From Octopus sinensis (taxonomy: Eukaryota), in assembly GCF_006345805.1 (NCBI RefSeq), contig NW_021823935.1:1-21139 (forward strand): DNA of 21,139 bases. The letters run 5' to 3'. Below the pieces are notes generated by a model that saw only the letters and a program-made list of their open reading frames with translations, ran no database searches and was not told where the DNA came from. Numbering within the stretch: the first letter of the stretch is position 1; each line of letters begins with the position of its first letter. The position numbers and the translations under genes were made by a program. Positions 19,145 to 21,139 of the stretch are shown here, in pieces.

Positions 19145-19147
<3 letters not shown>
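17025..19147 (+). mobile_element. 5'-truncated R4/Dong-like RLE non-LTR retrotransposon (RT, zinc-finger region, endonuclease, 3' UTR), heavily frameshifted
   Basis: PEEQKGCRKGS; GIFHGDTLSPLLF (from 17360); SHLLYMDDL (YMDD 17486-17497); FGLEKCAKV; YKYLGI; WQEKPLHG; LIAAQDQSLP; ILWDMPIHTDREIKANRPDIVV (from 18671); IVGALG; HILRRTLSIQ* (stop 19036-19038). (AAT)n at 16964-17027 and 19148-19192. Confidence 0.95.
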
Positions 19148-19192
<45 letters not shown>

Positions 19193-19193
<1 letters not shown>

Positions 19194-19739
19194 TGTCCTG
19201 ATGCAATAACAGGCAGTGGCTGGCTTTCATGGCTTCCGATCTTAACTGATTGGAAGTGTTATCATGTACATAGTTTTGTCTTGGTATAAAAGATGGGCTA
19301 CAGCAAATATTCTGCTCAATACTACAGATTTGCTTGTCAGTTGTTTGACCTCAGGTAGTTGAGCATGTTCTTTAGTAGCTGACGATATGTGCATCTCTGA
19401 TCACAAGCAGAAGTAGTGGGGGAGCATCATAGCCATGTGTTGAGATGGATTCTTTGGGGGTTTGGATAATTAACCTCTGGAAACGTGGGTGCTTCTTTCA
19501 ACATCCTTAAACAATCCTTATTCAGAGACCTTTTGAACGTGATGGGGTATTCGACCTGAAGAAAATTCTAACTGAGCTCCGCCTGCAAGGTCATGTGCTG
19601 TTTCTCTTGATATGAAATCACCATGTCGCGCATATATGGTTGTGATGCATGCGTCTGATTTATCCTTATCGGATGGGTAATCATGATGGGTATATTTTAC
19701 CTCAGTGTCACTTTGATGGTATGCGCTGCTCTCTCACTC
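19193..19739. mobile_element. Unclassified ~550-bp non-coding element bounded by (AAT)n on both sides
   Basis: Sharp boundaries in AAT tracts and no ORF. It resembles a repeat I recall from octopus sequence (unverified). Confidence 0.45.
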
Positions 19740-19760
19740 AATAATAATATAATAATACTA

Positions 19761-19793
<33 letters not shown>

Positions 19794-19794
<1 letters not shown>

Positions 19795-20098
19795 CCTTTC
19801 TAAAATATTAGGGGAGGAGGTAGTCGATTACTTCGATTCCAGTACTCAACTAGTACTTTATTTATCGACCCCGAAAGGATGAAAGACAAATTATGGATGA
19901 AAGACATGATGATGATGATGATGACGATTTCAAATTTGGTAACAAGACCTAAATTTCGCGGGGAAGAGGATAAGTCGATTACATCGACCCCAGCAGTCAA
20001 CTACTTATATCATAGATTTCGAAAGGATGAAAGGCAAAGTCAACCACGTCGTAATTTGAACTCAACGTAAAAAGACAGACGAAATGCCGCTAAGCATT
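19794..20098 (-). mobile_element. Two SINE family C fragments (19794-19890 and 19929-20098)
   Basis: TTATCGACCCCGAAAGGATGAAAG and AGTCGATTACATCGACCCCAG motifs; separated by (GAT)n. Confidence 0.78.
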
Positions 20099-20099
20099 A

Positions 20100-20100
20100 A

Positions 20101-20153
<53 letters not shown>
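20100..20153. repeat. (ATT)n microsatellite
   Basis: Direct reading. Confidence 0.96.
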
Positions 20154-20156
<3 letters not shown>

Positions 20157-20367
20157 TCGAACGCCGAGTGAAATCCGTTTTAAGAAAGAGACACAAAAGT
20201 CAACAGGGATATTGGGGTGACCGAAATATCGTTAACCTTTGGTAATTGGTTATGAAATGTAACAAGCAAGCTTTGAAACCGTATCGTTGATTTGGTTTGT
20301 CGTCCATTTATCACCACCTTGTACAGTTGATATGAAATAATTGAGTCCCTAGAAATCTTGTTAATCG

Positions 20368-20466
20368 TATATGTATGTATGCATGCATGTATGTATGTAT
20401 GTATGTATGTATGTATGTATGTATGTATGTATCTATGTATGTATGTATGTATGTGTGTGTGTATGT

Positions 20467-20506
<40 letters not shown>

Positions 20507-20538
20507 ATGTATGTATGTATGTATGTATGTATGTATGT

Positions 20539-20572
<34 letters not shown>

Positions 20573-20609
20573 TTATGTATGTATGTATGTATGTATGTAT
20601 GTATGTATG

Positions 20610-20642
<33 letters not shown>

Positions 20643-20829
20643 TTATGTATGTATGTATGTATGTATGTATGTATTTATGTATGTATGTATGTATGTATGT
20701 ATTTATGTATGTATGTAGGTATGTATGTTTGTGTGCGTGTGTGTATGTATGTATGTATGTATGTATGTATTGTGTGTGGTGTTTGTGTGTATTATGTATG
20801 TATGGTATGTATGTATGTATGTATGTATG
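20368..20829. repeat. Long compound (TATG)n/(TG)n microsatellite
   Basis: Direct reading; source of the MYVC-type spurious ORFs. Confidence 0.97.
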
Positions 20830-20921
20830 CTTGAACTATTTTTTAATTATTATAAATCTTCCATTAAGGAGGGAGCCGCCGGTTCCAACAAGATACAAAG
20901 CTCCATCTTTGGGATGTAGTT

Positions 20922-20937
20922 ACACACACACACACAA

Positions 20938-20968
<31 letters not shown>

Positions 20969-21002
20969 CACACCACAGTACCCGCACATATATATAATAC
21001 AA

Positions 21003-21044
<42 letters not shown>

Positions 21045-21055
21045 TATATATTATA
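20922..21055. repeat. (CA)n and (TA)n microsatellites
   Basis: Direct reading. Confidence 0.93.
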
Positions 21056-21139
21056 TTTCTTTACTACCCACAAGGGGCTAAACACAGAGGAGACAAACAA
21101 GGACAGACAAACGGATTAAGTCGATTACATCGACCCCAG
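21056..21139 (-). mobile_element. 3' end of SINE family C, running off the window
   Basis: TTTCTTTACTACCCACAAGGGGCTAAAC...GATTACATCGACCCCAG, nearly identical to 8494-8567. Confidence 0.85.

Noticed and set aside
19556-19600. CTGAAGA as another hammerhead core
   Set aside because: No stem II followed by GAAA and no stem I partner found.
20358-20919. MYVC-repeat ORFs (also 1306-1726, 5912-6130, 9614-10528, 12849-13209)
   Set aside because: Stop-free translations of (TATG)n/(TG)n/(CA)n repeats.

Overview
Eukaryotic, AT-rich, repeat-saturated non-genic or intronic DNA. The SINE families and microsatellite load look like a coleoid cephalopod (Octopus-like); this is recognition from memory, not a database result. 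No intact host gene is supported, and most ORF-track entries are microsatellite or antisense artefacts. Supported content: (1) a full-length, decayed DD34D mariner (3347-4619) with ITRs and a TA duplication, inserted into a gag/ORF1-like reading frame with a CCHC zinc knuckle that rejoins in frame when the mariner is removed; (2) three 5'-truncated RLE-type (R4/Dong-like) LINE relics, two of them embedded in (AAT)n tracts; (3) two non-autonomous Helitrons with shared ends and different interiors; (4) at least four SINE families, several with target-site duplications; (5) one complete minimal type I hammerhead ribozyme (12462-12504), plus several partial or degenerate hammerhead-like modules next to (TA)n-type tracts, suggestive of Penelope-like or retrozyme elements; (6) a 43-bp perfect palindrome; (7) a ~555-bp tandem/inverted rearrangement starting at a Helitron 3' end. 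Many frameshifts fall in homopolymers, so some apparent decay may be long-read assembly error.
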